64,000 nucleotides of DNA from Candidatus Acidiferrales bacterium (GTDB lineage Archaea > Thermoproteota > Bathyarchaeia > Bathyarchaeales > Bathycorpusculaceae), in NCBI GenBank assembly GCA_035625495.1, contig DASPPK010000053.1, positions 5,285 to 69,284 of the forward strand, in the 5' to 3' direction. Shown here piece by piece: positions 38,086 to 47,578 of this stretch. The notes below the pieces were generated by a model that had not been told where the DNA came from, made no database searches, and worked only from the letters and a program-made list of their open reading frames with translations. Position numbers and translations under genes: made by a program. The first letter of the stretch is position 1. Every line of letters starts with the position of its first letter.

Positions 38086-40518
38086 TTGACCGACAAGACC
38101 CTGGACTACGATCAGATGACGACAGAGAATACAATCGAATCTCTCCAGTCGAATTCAAGCCTTGGACTTGCGTCGGGCGAAGTTGCGACCCGACTAAGGC
38201 AATATGGATACAATGAAATCCCAGAGGAAAAAGCTAGGCCGCTAAGGATGTTTGCAAGCAAGTTCTGGGGTCTCACCGCATGGATGCTTGAGATCATAAT
38301 AGTCGTTTCATGGTTCCTTCATAATTACCCAGACCTGTACATCGTGACAGGGCTTCTTGTCTTCAATTCGATACTGGGGTTTGAGGAAGAACAGAGAGGA
38401 TCAAGCGCAGTGGAATCACTAAAACTAAAGCTGCAAGTCAACGCGAGAGTCCTCAGAGACGGCTCTTGGACAAACGTGCCCGCGAGAGAATTGGTTCCTG
38501 GAGACATAATCAGAACGCGGTCTGGAGACTTCGTGCCAGCCGACGTGAAGATAATAGATGGCGAGCTATCCGTTGACCAATCAGCCTTGACAGGAGAGTC
38601 GATGACAATAGACAAGAAGTCAAGTGATGTTTTGTATTCTGGCTCCGTTGTCAAGAGAGGTGAATCGAATGGCATTGTCGTATCCACGGGGTTGAAAACG
38701 TATTTTGGAAGAACTGCTCAGCTAGTCCAGCTTGCAAGGCCAAAACTTCACATGGAAGAGGTGGTTTCGAACGTCGTTAAGTGGCTTTTGATCATAGTTG
38801 CTTCGTTGATCATTGTGGCAGTAGCTGTTTCAGCGGTTGATGGAATCAGTCTTTTGGATGTGTTGCCAATAGTCCTAGTCTTGTTATTGTCTGCGATACC
38901 TGTTGCCTTGCCGGCGATGTTCACTGTCAGTATGGCGCTGGGCTCTATGGAGTTGGCCAAAAAAGGCGTGCTCGTGACTAGACTCAGCGCTTCTGAAGAT
39001 GCGGCAACGATGAGTGTACTCTGCGCCGACAAGACTGGGACGATAACGATGAACAGGCTCTCAGTGGCAAACGTGATCCCTCTGAATGGATTTACTGAGA
39101 AAGATGTAATACTATACGGTGCCTTGGCTTCTCAAGAGGCCAACCAAGATCCTATAGACAACGCTTTCATCGTCAAGGCCAAATCGGACAATTTGCCAGT
39201 TTCTTCATTTGTACAGAGGGATTTTGTTCCTTTTGACCCGAAAACGCGAAGAACCGAAGCGTTGGTGCGAGGAGGTAACAGCGAATTTAAGGTTCTAAAG
39301 GGATCCGTCTATGTCATAGCCAAAGAATGTGGGCTTCAAGAGGACTCTGTAAAAGACTTGGAATCGCGGATGAACATGTTTGCCGAGAAGGGTTACAGGA
39401 CTCTGGCGGTCGCGAGAGCACATGACCACGAGTTGCCCAAGTTCGTCGGCCTAGTGGCGCTCTACGACATGCCCAGGTCTGATTCAAAGCAGCTGATACA
39501 AGAGCTCAAGGACTTGGGGATATCAGTGAAAATGTTGACAGGAGACGCTGTAGCAATAGCGAAGGAAGTTGCAGCTGAGACAGGACTCGGTGAGCAGATC
39601 ATTAGCGCTTCTGAACTGAAAGAAGCCGTAAGAGAAAACGCGATAGAGGCGGCGCAGGCAGCCGAAAAAAGTGATGGGTTCGCGGAGATATATCCTGAGG
39701 ATAAATATGCGATTGTCAAAAGCCTTCAGGCCACTGGGCAGGTTGTTGGCATGACTGGCGACGGTGTGAATGATGCACCAGCGCTGAGACAGGCGGAAGT
39801 AGGCATAGCTGTGAACACTTCAACAGACGTAGCGAAAGGGGCAGCGAGTGTCGTGTTGACGAATGAAGGTTTGACCAGTATTGTCAATTTGGTCAAAAAT
39901 GGCAGAGTGATCTATGAAAGGATATCTGCATGGGTACTGAGCAAGATAGTGAGAACTCTGCAGATTGCCATTTTCGTAGTCTTGTCCTTTATCTTAACGG
40001 GTAATTATGTCGTGTCGGCGTTCGCTATAGTTCTCCTCTTCTTCATGACCGACTTCGTCAAGATCGCGTTGTCCACTGACGATTTGAAATGGTCACAGAA
40101 ACCTAACACTTGGGACATAAGAGGGATAGTGAAAGTGTCGCTACTGCTGAGTACATTGATTGTCATAGAATCATTTGGGCTACTATACGTAGGGCTCAAC
40201 GTGTTTCATTTGAATGCGGCCGAGCAGACTTTGTACACGTTCAGTTTTGAAATATTGTTCTATTTCGCCATGTTCCTGATATTCAACGTTAGAGAAAGAG
40301 GACATTTTTGGGAGTCAAGACCAAGTAAGACACTGCTGACAGCAATGATGCTGAGCATGATTGCTGCAACGATAGTGACGACAACGGGAATTCCAGGCCT
40401 CAAACCTATACCATTGACTGAGACTCTTTTTGTGGCGTTCTGTGCTGGTGCCTTCTCGCTGACACTCAATGATCTGGCTAAGTCTCTCTTTGTGAAGAGG
40501 ACAGGAACAGGATGGTAA
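38086..40518 (+). CDS. P-type ATPase, type IIIA (plasma-membrane H+-ATPase-like)
   Basis: 810 aa. CADKTGTITMN, MLTGD, GMTGDGVNDAPALRQAEVGIAV, and an N-terminal GLASGEVATRLRQYGYNEIPEEK typical of the PMA/AHA-like family. TTG start. Confidence 0.88.
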   Translation: MTDKTLDYDQMTTENTIESLQSNSSLGLASGEVATRLRQYGYNEIPEEKARPLRMFASKFWGLTAWMLEIIIVVSWFLHNYPDLYIVTGLLVFNSILGFEEEQRGSSAVESLKLKLQVNARVLRDGSWTNVPARELVPGDIIRTRSGDFVPADVKIIDGELSVDQSALTGESMTIDKKSSDVLYSGSVVKRGESNGIVVSTGLKTYFGRTAQLVQLARPKLHMEEVVSNVVKWLLIIVASLIIVAVAVSAVDGISLLDVLPIVLVLLLSAIPVALPAMFTVSMALGSMELAKKGVLVTRLSASEDAATMSVLCADKTGTITMNRLSVANVIPLNGFTEKDVILYGALASQEANQDPIDNAFIVKAKSDNLPVSSFVQRDFVPFDPKTRRTEALVRGGNSEFKVLKGSVYVIAKECGLQEDSVKDLESRMNMFAEKGYRTLAVARAHDHELPKFVGLVALYDMPRSDSKQLIQELKDLGISVKMLTGDAVAIAKEVAAETGLGEQIISASELKEAVRENAIEAAQAAEKSDGFAEIYPEDKYAIVKSLQATGQVVGMTGDGVNDAPALRQAEVGIAVNTSTDVAKGAASVVLTNEGLTSIVNLVKNGRVIYERISAWVLSKIVRTLQIAIFVVLSFILTGNYVVSAFAIVLLFFMTDFVKIALSTDDLKWSQKPNTWDIRGIVKVSLLLSTLIVIESFGLLYVGLNVFHLNAAEQTLYTFSFEILFYFAMFLIFNVRERGHFWESRPSKTLLTAMMLSMIAATIVTTTGIPGLKPIPLTETLFVAFCAGAFSLTLNDLAKSLFVKRTGTGW

Positions 40519-40678
40519 TACTATACTATACTGGAAATCTAAGGTGCGTTGATTTCGGTCATAGCACGCGCAATGCGTTGGTCAACGGCAAAGCAATATG
40601 AATATAAGGGGAAAATAGCTGTGGGACGTAAATAGAAATTTCAAATGCCTTGATTGCGGCCACAAGCAGAGGAAGCCC

Positions 40679-41668
40679 GTGGAAGAAGAAGATCTAGCGC
40701 CCGTCCTGAGTGCGGAAGCAAATGCATCAATGGGGCTTCCGAGGAAAAAAAGTACGTTCGACTTAGAAGAGGCAACAGAGGCCATCTTGAAATATAAGGG
40801 CGTCTTCGAATTGACCAGTATGCGAAAAGTTGCAGAAAGAGAAAAACAATTTTCAGAGCAGGAGCAAAAGCTCAGGGCCAGAATGATCAAGGTCAGGCAC
40901 AAGATAGCCGTGATAAGCGGCAAAGGTGGCGTGGGCAAAAGCACGGTGGCCGTGAATTTGGCCGTGGCATTCGCGATGCATGGACACGCAGAACATATAG
41001 GGATCCTTGACGCGGACATACATGGTCCCAGTATACCAAGAATGCTAGGACTGACGGGTCAAAGACTGCAAGTGGGGCCGCCTGGAGCCTTTCCAGCCTC
41101 GGGCACATTAGGGATAAAGGTCGTCTCGATGGACTTCTTGTTGCCTGATGAAAATGCGCCCGTGATTTGGCGTGGACCGCTGAAGATGACTGCGATTCGC
41201 CAGTTTCTGTCAGACATAGTCTGGGGAGAACTAGACATTCTGCTAATTGATCTCCCTCCAGGAACAGGGGATGAACCGCTAAGCATTGCTCAGCTGCTAC
41301 CGGAAATGGATGGCGTCGTAATAGTGACAATCCCATCCAAAGTCTCACAAGTTGTCGTTAAGAAATCTGTCACTTTTGCTCGGCAGCTCGGAATGCCCAT
41401 AATAGGCGTCATCGAAAACATGAGCGGCTTTATCTGTCCTCACTGTGGAAAAAAATCTGATATATTCGAGTCTGGCGGCGGACACAAGATAGCTGAAGAA
41501 TTGAATATTGCGTTTCTTGGAAGCATTCCGATTGATCAAGAAATCTGTGAAGATGCTGACAGAGGAGAACCGTTTATCGTGGAGCATCCTAACTCTGCGG
41601 CTTCAAAGTCCTTCATGGAAATTGTCAAGAAGATTGAAGATTTCCTGAGGCAGAAGGCTAAAAAGTAA
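40679..41668 (+). CDS. Mrp/NBP35/ApbC-family Fe-S cluster carrier ATPase
   Basis: Deviant Walker A ISGKGGVGKST and a CPHCG cluster-bridging motif. The ~85-aa N-terminal extension has an uncertain start (GTG 40679, or ATG 40730). Confidence 0.85.
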   Translation: MEEEDLAPVLSAEANASMGLPRKKSTFDLEEATEAILKYKGVFELTSMRKVAEREKQFSEQEQKLRARMIKVRHKIAVISGKGGVGKSTVAVNLAVAFAMHGHAEHIGILDADIHGPSIPRMLGLTGQRLQVGPPGAFPASGTLGIKVVSMDFLLPDENAPVIWRGPLKMTAIRQFLSDIVWGELDILLIDLPPGTGDEPLSIAQLLPEMDGVVIVTIPSKVSQVVVKKSVTFARQLGMPIIGVIENMSGFICPHCGKKSDIFESGGGHKIAEELNIAFLGSIPIDQEICEDADRGEPFIVEHPNSAASKSFMEIVKKIEDFLRQKAKK

Positions 41669-41687
41669 TAGAAAGGGACGTGACGCA

Positions 41688-41801
41688 ATGGCAACTACAG
41701 CTATTCTTCCTGTGTTGGATAACAACGGTTTGAATGTTAGGATATCAGAACATTTCGGAAGAGCGCCCTTCTATGCTGCTGCACCTTTGGGCAAGGATTG
41801 A
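41688..41801 (+). pseudogene. truncated NifX/NifB-like (dinitrogenase FeMo-cofactor-binding fold, COG1433-like) gene remnant
   Basis: The 37-codon ORF MATTAILPVLDNNGLNVRISEHFGRAPFYAAAPLGKD* carries the family's N-terminal HFGRAP-F/Y motif but stops early. Downstream frames show only degenerate similarity (KVENVETLEK, GGTPL). Confidence 0.4.
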
Positions 41802-41879
41802 AAAGTTGAAAACGTCGAAACGTTGGAAAAGAGGTGGCACGCCTTTGTTCAGAACCATAAGCGTTTTTAATGCGCGTAT

Positions 41880-43997
41880 TTGCTCAACAAGACGCATTTC
41901 GATTGCGCCATAGGAGTGATAATCTTGGCTCGCGATCCTGTTTGTGGAATGTATGTTGATGAGGAAACTGCAGCTTTCAAGACTGTGGTTGATGGAAAGA
42001 CATACTATTTCTGCAGTGAACAATGTTTACGCACATTCACACAGCCTGAGGTTGAGAGACACAACTTAAGGCGTTTAATCATTCTGAGTTTCGCTTTGGG
42101 CTTGTTGACTTTCCTGTTTGGCTTCTTCGCCGTTCCATTACCAGTCTTGCCCCGGGACTTTTGGCTTTTTCTGCTTGCGACACCCGTACAGTTCATTGCG
42201 GGCTACAGGTACTACAGAGGTGCTTATGGTGCTGCCCGAGCCAAAACGGTAAATATGGACACGCTGATCGTGGTTGGAACAACCACTGCTTGGGGCTATA
42301 GCACGCTGGTGACTTTCTTGCCCAAGCTGATGCCGAGCCAAGACGTTTACTTTGACACTGCAGCGTTGATCATAGCGCTAATTCTAATTGGAAAATACCT
42401 AGAGGAGGTTGCCAAAGGCCGGGCTTCTGAGGCAGTGCGTAAACTAGTTGACCTTCAGCCCGCACTTGCGAATTTACTAAAAGAAGACGGAACAGAGGAG
42501 AAGGTGCCAGTCGAGAAAGTAATGCCAGGGGAAGTGCTCCTGATTAGACCAGGAGAAAAGATACCATTAGATGGCGTGGTGATAGATGGTTCATCCTCTG
42601 TGGATGAAAGCATGATCACTGGTGAAAGTGTACCTGTCGCAAAAGAAAAAGGAGCCCAGGTCATCGACGGCACTGTGAACAAGGAAGGCGCCCTGAAAAT
42701 TGAGGTCACCCGCATAGGCATGAACACGACCCTTAACCAGATCGTGCAAATGGTAAATGATGCACAATTGAGCAGGGCGCCTATTCAGAGGCTGGCCGAC
42801 ACCGTATCCGCATATTTCGTGCCTATCATTCTTTCCATCGGAGTCATCACCTTCTTACTTTGGAAGTTTGTGGTTGGTGCGAGCTTCGGCTTTGGCCTAA
42901 CGGCTTTCATAGCTGTGGTCATAGTTGCCTGTCCATGCGCTATGGGTATTGCAACCCCTACTGCGATTCTGGTCGGGGCCGCAAAAGGCGCCCAGAACGG
43001 GATACTAATAAAGGGCGGCGATTACCTTGAAAAAACCAGAGAACTGCAGGCAATCGTCTTCGATAAAACTGGCACATTGACCAAGGGCAAACTCGCTGTT
43101 ACCGACATCATCGGAGACAATCAAGAATCATTACTGGCTTCGGCGGCTTCGCTTGAGAACCTGTCAGAGCATTCGGTTGGTCAAGCAATCGTCAGCGAAG
43201 CAAAAAGGCGAAACATCGTCTTGGAGCAGCCAAAAAATTTTGAAGTTCTTCCAGGAAAAGGATTAAAAGGCACAGTGAAAGGCAAAAACGTGGTCATAGG
43301 CACCCAGAGACTAATCGAAGAATCAAACATAACGATAAGCGAAATAAACCAAACAAACGCTGAAAATCTGTTCAGCGAAGGAAAAAGCGTCATCTACGTA
43401 GCGGTGGACGCCAAAGTGACCGGTTTAATCGCCGTTGCGGATGAACTCAAAGACAACGCCGCAGAAGTCGTTAAGAAACTCCAGACAATGAATCTCCAAG
43501 TGATAATGATCACAGGAGACAACAAACGGACAGCCGAAGCCATAGCTAAGAAAGCAGGTATCAACCAGTACCTAGCCGAGATTTTACCCGACAAGAAAGC
43601 TGAAGAAGTCAAGAAACTCCAGAACGAAGGCTTAGTTGTGGCCATGGTTGGTGACGGCATAAACGATGCGCCTGCCTTAGCACAGGCCGATGTGGGAATT
43701 GCCTTGGGAAGCGGAACGGACATTGCAGTGGAAACTGGCGGCATAGTCCTGATCAGAAACAATCTCATGGATGTGGTAACTGCAATTCAACTCAGCAAGA
43801 AAACGTACTCAAAAATCAAACAGAATTTCACTTGGGCATTCTGCTACAATGCGGCTCTCATTCCAGTAGCAGCGGGAGTGCTTCAGCCATTCGGCATAGT
43901 TATGAATCCTGTTTTTGCAGCGGGAGCAATGGCCTTTAGCTCCATATCCGTGGTCTCAAACTCCCTTCTTCTGAGACGATTCAAGCCGGAGAAATGA
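41880..43997 (+). CDS. copA: copper-translocating P1B-type ATPase with N-terminal YHS/TRASH domain
   Basis: CPC motif (ACPCAMGIATP), DKTGTLT, SEHSVGQAI, GDGINDAPAL. N-terminal DPVCGMYVDEE...YYFCSEQCLRTF. The likely true start is TTG 41925 (AGGAGTGA 5 nt upstream) or GTG 41916. Confidence 0.9.
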   Translation: MLNKTHFDCAIGVIILARDPVCGMYVDEETAAFKTVVDGKTYYFCSEQCLRTFTQPEVERHNLRRLIILSFALGLLTFLFGFFAVPLPVLPRDFWLFLLATPVQFIAGYRYYRGAYGAARAKTVNMDTLIVVGTTTAWGYSTLVTFLPKLMPSQDVYFDTAALIIALILIGKYLEEVAKGRASEAVRKLVDLQPALANLLKEDGTEEKVPVEKVMPGEVLLIRPGEKIPLDGVVIDGSSSVDESMITGESVPVAKEKGAQVIDGTVNKEGALKIEVTRIGMNTTLNQIVQMVNDAQLSRAPIQRLADTVSAYFVPIILSIGVITFLLWKFVVGASFGFGLTAFIAVVIVACPCAMGIATPTAILVGAAKGAQNGILIKGGDYLEKTRELQAIVFDKTGTLTKGKLAVTDIIGDNQESLLASAASLENLSEHSVGQAIVSEAKRRNIVLEQPKNFEVLPGKGLKGTVKGKNVVIGTQRLIEESNITISEINQTNAENLFSEGKSVIYVAVDAKVTGLIAVADELKDNAAEVVKKLQTMNLQVIMITGDNKRTAEAIAKKAGINQYLAEILPDKKAEEVKKLQNEGLVVAMVGDGINDAPALAQADVGIALGSGTDIAVETGGIVLIRNNLMDVVTAIQLSKKTYSKIKQNFTWAFCYNAALIPVAAGVLQPFGIVMNPVFAAGAMAFSSISVVSNSLLLRRFKPEK

Positions 43998-44000
43998 ACA

Positions 44001-44600
44001 ATGAGCACTAACAACGAAAAACCGCTTACAACGAAGCTTATTCCCATCGCTCAAATGGACTGCTCAACATGCATTCCAATTTTGGAGAAAGAAATCCTGA
44101 AGCTCAACGGAGTGAAAGAAGCTCGAGCAAATTACCTGACTAAAATGATAAAAGTTGTGTATGATTCAGATTTGGTCAGGTTGCCCGAGATAGAGTCGGC
44201 TGTTGAAAAAGTCGGTTATCAGATTGCTTACAAGAAGTATCCCAGTGCCGCTTCAAAATTGAAGGGGCTATTTCGAAAAGAAAAACCAGGCCTCGTGAAA
44301 GTTATTTCTGACGCTGATTTTGCCTCAAAGGTACTGCGTGGATCCAAAACAGTTGCCGTTCTTTTCTCATCAGCAGGTTGCCCCGCATGTCACGCAGCGA
44401 AGTCGGTGTATGCTGAAACTGCCGAGGATTTAGCTGGGCGCGCTGAACTTTACGAAATGGACATTTCCTCATCAGAGATTTGGCACAACTATGAAATTCT
44501 CAACATTCCCACCATTCTAATCTTTAGAGATGGTAAATTGCAAGGAAGATTAATTGCCCTACCACAAAAAACCGAGATAATCGAGGCTTTGACTAAGTAA
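44001..44600 (+). CDS. HMA (CopZ-like metallochaperone) domain fused to a thioredoxin-fold domain
   Basis: N-terminal MDCSTC (MxCxxC) with beta-alpha-beta-beta-alpha-beta spacing. C-terminal GCPAC active site and cis-Pro IPT. Starts 4 nt after the copA stop. Confidence 0.85.
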   Translation: MSTNNEKPLTTKLIPIAQMDCSTCIPILEKEILKLNGVKEARANYLTKMIKVVYDSDLVRLPEIESAVEKVGYQIAYKKYPSAASKLKGLFRKEKPGLVKVISDADFASKVLRGSKTVAVLFSSAGCPACHAAKSVYAETAEDLAGRAELYEMDISSSEIWHNYEILNIPTILIFRDGKLQGRLIALPQKTEIIEALTK

Positions 44601-44664
44601 AAGCAAAACAAAACAATAACAATTAACTGATGCGGCGCACGTACGCGCTATTTCGTGTTCTTTG

Positions 44665-45630
44665 TTATTCGTGCTTTTTCTCTTTTCCCTTCCCTCGTAC
44701 ATAAGCAGATACCTTCATGGCCGCCATCGCCCCTTCTCCAGTCGCTGTGACAACTTGCATTCCACCGCAAGTGCAGTCTCCAGCGGCGTAGACACCTTCA
44801 ACATTGGTTCTTAGCATGCGATCCACGGTAAGGCATCCGTTCTTGTCAACTTTCAACCCAGCTCTCTTCACGACTTCGGTCATAGGAACTCCGCCGAGAG
44901 AAATGAATACCCCGTTGACATCCTTTTCGATCTCACGCTGCGAGTCCTTCTCGATGATTCTGATGGACTTCACGATTTTATCTCCCAATATGGCTGCAAC
45001 TTGCCCATTTATGATTTCTACATTCGCTTTATCTCGAAGCTGCCGATCAAGAGCTCCTTCGACCTTCAATTCTTTACTATGCGTCACTATAGTGACCCTC
45101 TTTGCGATATCAGCCAAGAACAACGCATCAATCGCTGCCTCCTGACCGTTACCGATCACTGCGGCTCCCGCATTTCTGAAAAAAGGGCCGTCGCACACGA
45201 CACAATAGCTTACGCCTCTGCCTAGAAATTCGGTCTCTCCAGGAACTCTCAGCTTCCTCTTCTGCGTTCCAGTTGCTATGATCACCGCTCGGCTCAGATA
45301 GGTTCGTTTTCTAGTCGTGGCCCTCTTGATTGCGCCATTCAGATCCAGCCCTACGACCTCTTCAGTCTCTATAATCTTGGCGCCAAACCGCACTGCCTGT
45401 TTCCTCATTTTCTCAGTCAATTCACGCCCTTTGATTCCTTCCTCAAACCCTGGAAAATTCTCAATATTGTGCGCTTCAGAAGCCTTTCCGCCCGCAACAC
45501 CCGCATCGAGCACAACTGTGTCAAGTCCAAGCCAAGAGGAGTATATCGCAGCAGTCAGTCCTGCCGGTCCGGCGCCGATAATTATCGTGTCGAAGTTGTG
45601 GCCCTGATCATTCATTTCAGCATTCATCAA
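44665..45630 (-). CDS. trxB: thioredoxin-disulfide reductase
   Basis: 321 aa. FAD GAGPAGLTAA, redox-active CVVCDG, NADPH GNGQEA, C-terminal GDC...QVVTATGEG. Confidence 0.9.
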   Translation of the reverse strand: MMNAEMNDQGHNFDTIIIGAGPAGLTAAIYSSWLGLDTVVLDAGVAGGKASEAHNIENFPGFEEGIKGRELTEKMRKQAVRFGAKIIETEEVVGLDLNGAIKRATTRKRTYLSRAVIIATGTQKRKLRVPGETEFLGRGVSYCVVCDGPFFRNAGAAVIGNGQEAAIDALFLADIAKRVTIVTHSKELKVEGALDRQLRDKANVEIINGQVAAILGDKIVKSIRIIEKDSQREIEKDVNGVFISLGGVPMTEVVKRAGLKVDKNGCLTVDRMLRTNVEGVYAAGDCTCGGMQVVTATGEGAMAAMKVSAYVRGKGKEKKHE

Positions 45631-45701
45631 ATCGCCAACCCAATAGTCTTTGGGTCGCGCGTTATTAAAATCTCGTGCAGGCGCTCTGAAAAGGCAACAG
45701 A

Positions 45702-46610
45702 CTATATTATTAGTCCGACTGCGAAACTCAGCAATGGCGCAATTATCCAGCCTGCTACTATTATTGCGAACGGTTTTAGAGAGATAAATTTAGTCCTGTA
45801 TGAAATAGCGGTTCCAAAAAGTGCTGCTGACATCGTCTGAGTAGTCGGAAGCGGGATCTTGAAAATCGTCGCCATTTCTACAAGGAACGTTGAAGAGAAA
45901 AGCGCAACTGTTGCGTTAGGATATCGCATCAGGAAGAGTTCTTGTGAGACTCTCTTAATCTCACCTCGGCTCAGGTAGAATGACCCAACAAGTATTGCTG
46001 CAACTGCAGTCAAAATAGTGAATAGGTTAAAGCCTCCAGTTGCAACGATCATGCCTATTGTGTTTGCCCCAAGAACATACGAAGTACTAAAGGTTAACAC
46101 GATAAGCACAAACTTGTAAATTTGTACCCTGCTCCAAACGTCATGCGCGGGTCTCTTATTAATTGCTCTTATCAGGTGGAACGATAGGGCTATTGCAACT
46201 AAAGGAGCGACGAACCACAAAATTACAACTTCAGCTACAAACGGGCCGGCAATCAGTGTCTTTCTCGCGAATGATAATCCTGCCAATAGCCCGACAAGGC
46301 TCATGCTGAACGAGATCGGCGCCCTAATGATATCTGCTACGACAAAAACCAGTATTGCCGCAAGCAAGACTTCTAGCTGAAGCTGAGCAGTTAAGTTAGG
46401 AAGAAGCATGTGCACAGAAGTTATCATGCTCGAACCCTGAATCAGAAGACCGAGCAAGAAGCCTGCAGCTCCCAAGAGAATGCCCGTTCGTTGACTCAGC
46501 GTCTTTGACCCTATTGCTGATCCGACACAAGCTGAAAGATTGTTACCTGAAACAAGCGCAACAGCAACAAACGTTGCAATAATCAGAAGTGCTTGAAGAA
46601 GCATGCACAT
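45702..46610 (-). CDS. PiT-family inorganic phosphate transporter (short form)
   Basis: 302 aa polytopic protein with an N-terminal GNNLSACVGSAIGS (PHO4-like signature). Immediately downstream of a DUF47 gene, the classical pairing. Confidence 0.7.
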   Translation of the reverse strand: MCMLLQALLIIATFVAVALVSGNNLSACVGSAIGSKTLSQRTGILLGAAGFLLGLLIQGSSMITSVHMLLPNLTAQLQLEVLLAAILVFVVADIIRAPISFSMSLVGLLAGLSFARKTLIAGPFVAEVVILWFVAPLVAIALSFHLIRAINKRPAHDVWSRVQIYKFVLIVLTFSTSYVLGANTIGMIVATGGFNLFTILTAVAAILVGSFYLSRGEIKRVSQELFLMRYPNATVALFSSTFLVEMATIFKIPLPTTQTMSAALFGTAISYRTKFISLKPFAIIVAGWIIAPLLSFAVGLII

Positions 46611-46611
46611 G

Positions 46612-47292
46612 TCACTTCAGAATCGAATTAACTATCGAAACAATTGTGTCAGACAGGTCCTCACAAGCATCAAGAATGTCATCTAGTTTATGAAGCAATT
46701 CTGAATAATGAAAAAACTGTAAATATTGCATTCTAGGCGCATTTGCGTACAATTTGTCAAAGCCTGCATCCTTCACGTCATCGCCCTCTTCTTCCAAGGC
46801 TTCTATCTGTTTCCTGACCTCAATCATTTCCGTCAAACTGGATGTTGCGAACAGTCTTTTTACTTCTATTATGGCTTTTCCTGCAAGACTAAGCATCTTT
46901 TCGAATATTGGTGTCCAATCGGTTCTTTGGCTTACTTCTTCGCCTGGGAATTTTGCTTTTGCCATCCTGTTCAATTCTCTGCTGAGGTTGTAATATGTGT
47001 CAAGTATTGTATCCGCAAGTTGTACCGACTCAAGAAGATCATCCAGCACATTTGGACTGACTGCTCCGCTCGTTATGTCCTCGCTAACTTTGAAGGCAGT
47101 GTCATCTGACTTCTTTTCTAATAATCTAATAGCCTGCATCGCTTCGGTCAAGGATTTTCCCGTGTATCCTTCGAGAAGCATCTGGGTCATTATCAAATTT
47201 GCTTCGCCAGCCAAATCGAGGATTTCCGAAAGTTCATGAAAAACATTCTTCTCGCCTACGACTAAGCCTCGTTTGATGTTTCGCAGAAACAA
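46612..47292 (-). CDS. DUF47/PhoU-like phosphate-transport accessory protein
   Basis: 226 aa, all-helical, with two PhoU-like repeats (E..AD.I). Its stop lies 1 nt from the PiT start. TTG start. Confidence 0.7.
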   Translation of the reverse strand: MFLRNIKRGLVVGEKNVFHELSEILDLAGEANLIMTQMLLEGYTGKSLTEAMQAIRLLEKKSDDTAFKVSEDITSGAVSPNVLDDLLESVQLADTILDTYYNLSRELNRMAKAKFPGEEVSQRTDWTPIFEKMLSLAGKAIIEVKRLFATSSLTEMIEVRKQIEALEEEGDDVKDAGFDKLYANAPRMQYLQFFHYSELLHKLDDILDACEDLSDTIVSIVNSILK

Positions 47293-47578
47293 AACTTTCC
47301 CTCACTTCATCTGATTAAATATCTGCGACTTCTATTAAAACTTAAAATGAGTGCGCAGAGCCACAAAACTCTTGACAGATCACAGGCTTACGGGGCGCAG
47401 TGGCGAGAAGTGAAATTGCGGTGCTTGCAGTTCTTCTGGGAATGCTCTAACTAGAGACTTGATAGGACACCATGAACAAGTGTGTCAACGCCAAGGATTT
47501 CATATGTTGCTAAAATAGCTTGAAAGTCAGAAGTGCTTTAATATCGCAAGACGTCAAGTCACAAGTAAAGAGACGTGA

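Noticed and set aside
40619-40678. Zinc-ribbon-like KCLDCGH in frame upstream of the mrp ORF (with ARPECGSKC in a shifted frame)
   Set aside because: An in-frame stop at 40616-40618 leaves no start codon before GTG 40679. The second CxxC needs a frameshift. This is probably coincidental or a very decayed remnant.
41799-41801. TGA in the NifX-like ORF as a possible selenocysteine or read-through codon
   Set aside because: The position does not correspond to a conserved Cys of the family. The in-frame continuation ends after 22 more codons without restoring the domain. Decay is the more parsimonious explanation.
45469-45840. 123-aa plus-strand ORF spanning the trxB/PiT junction
   Set aside because: It is antisense to the 5' end of trxB and the 3' end of the PiT gene, with no motifs.
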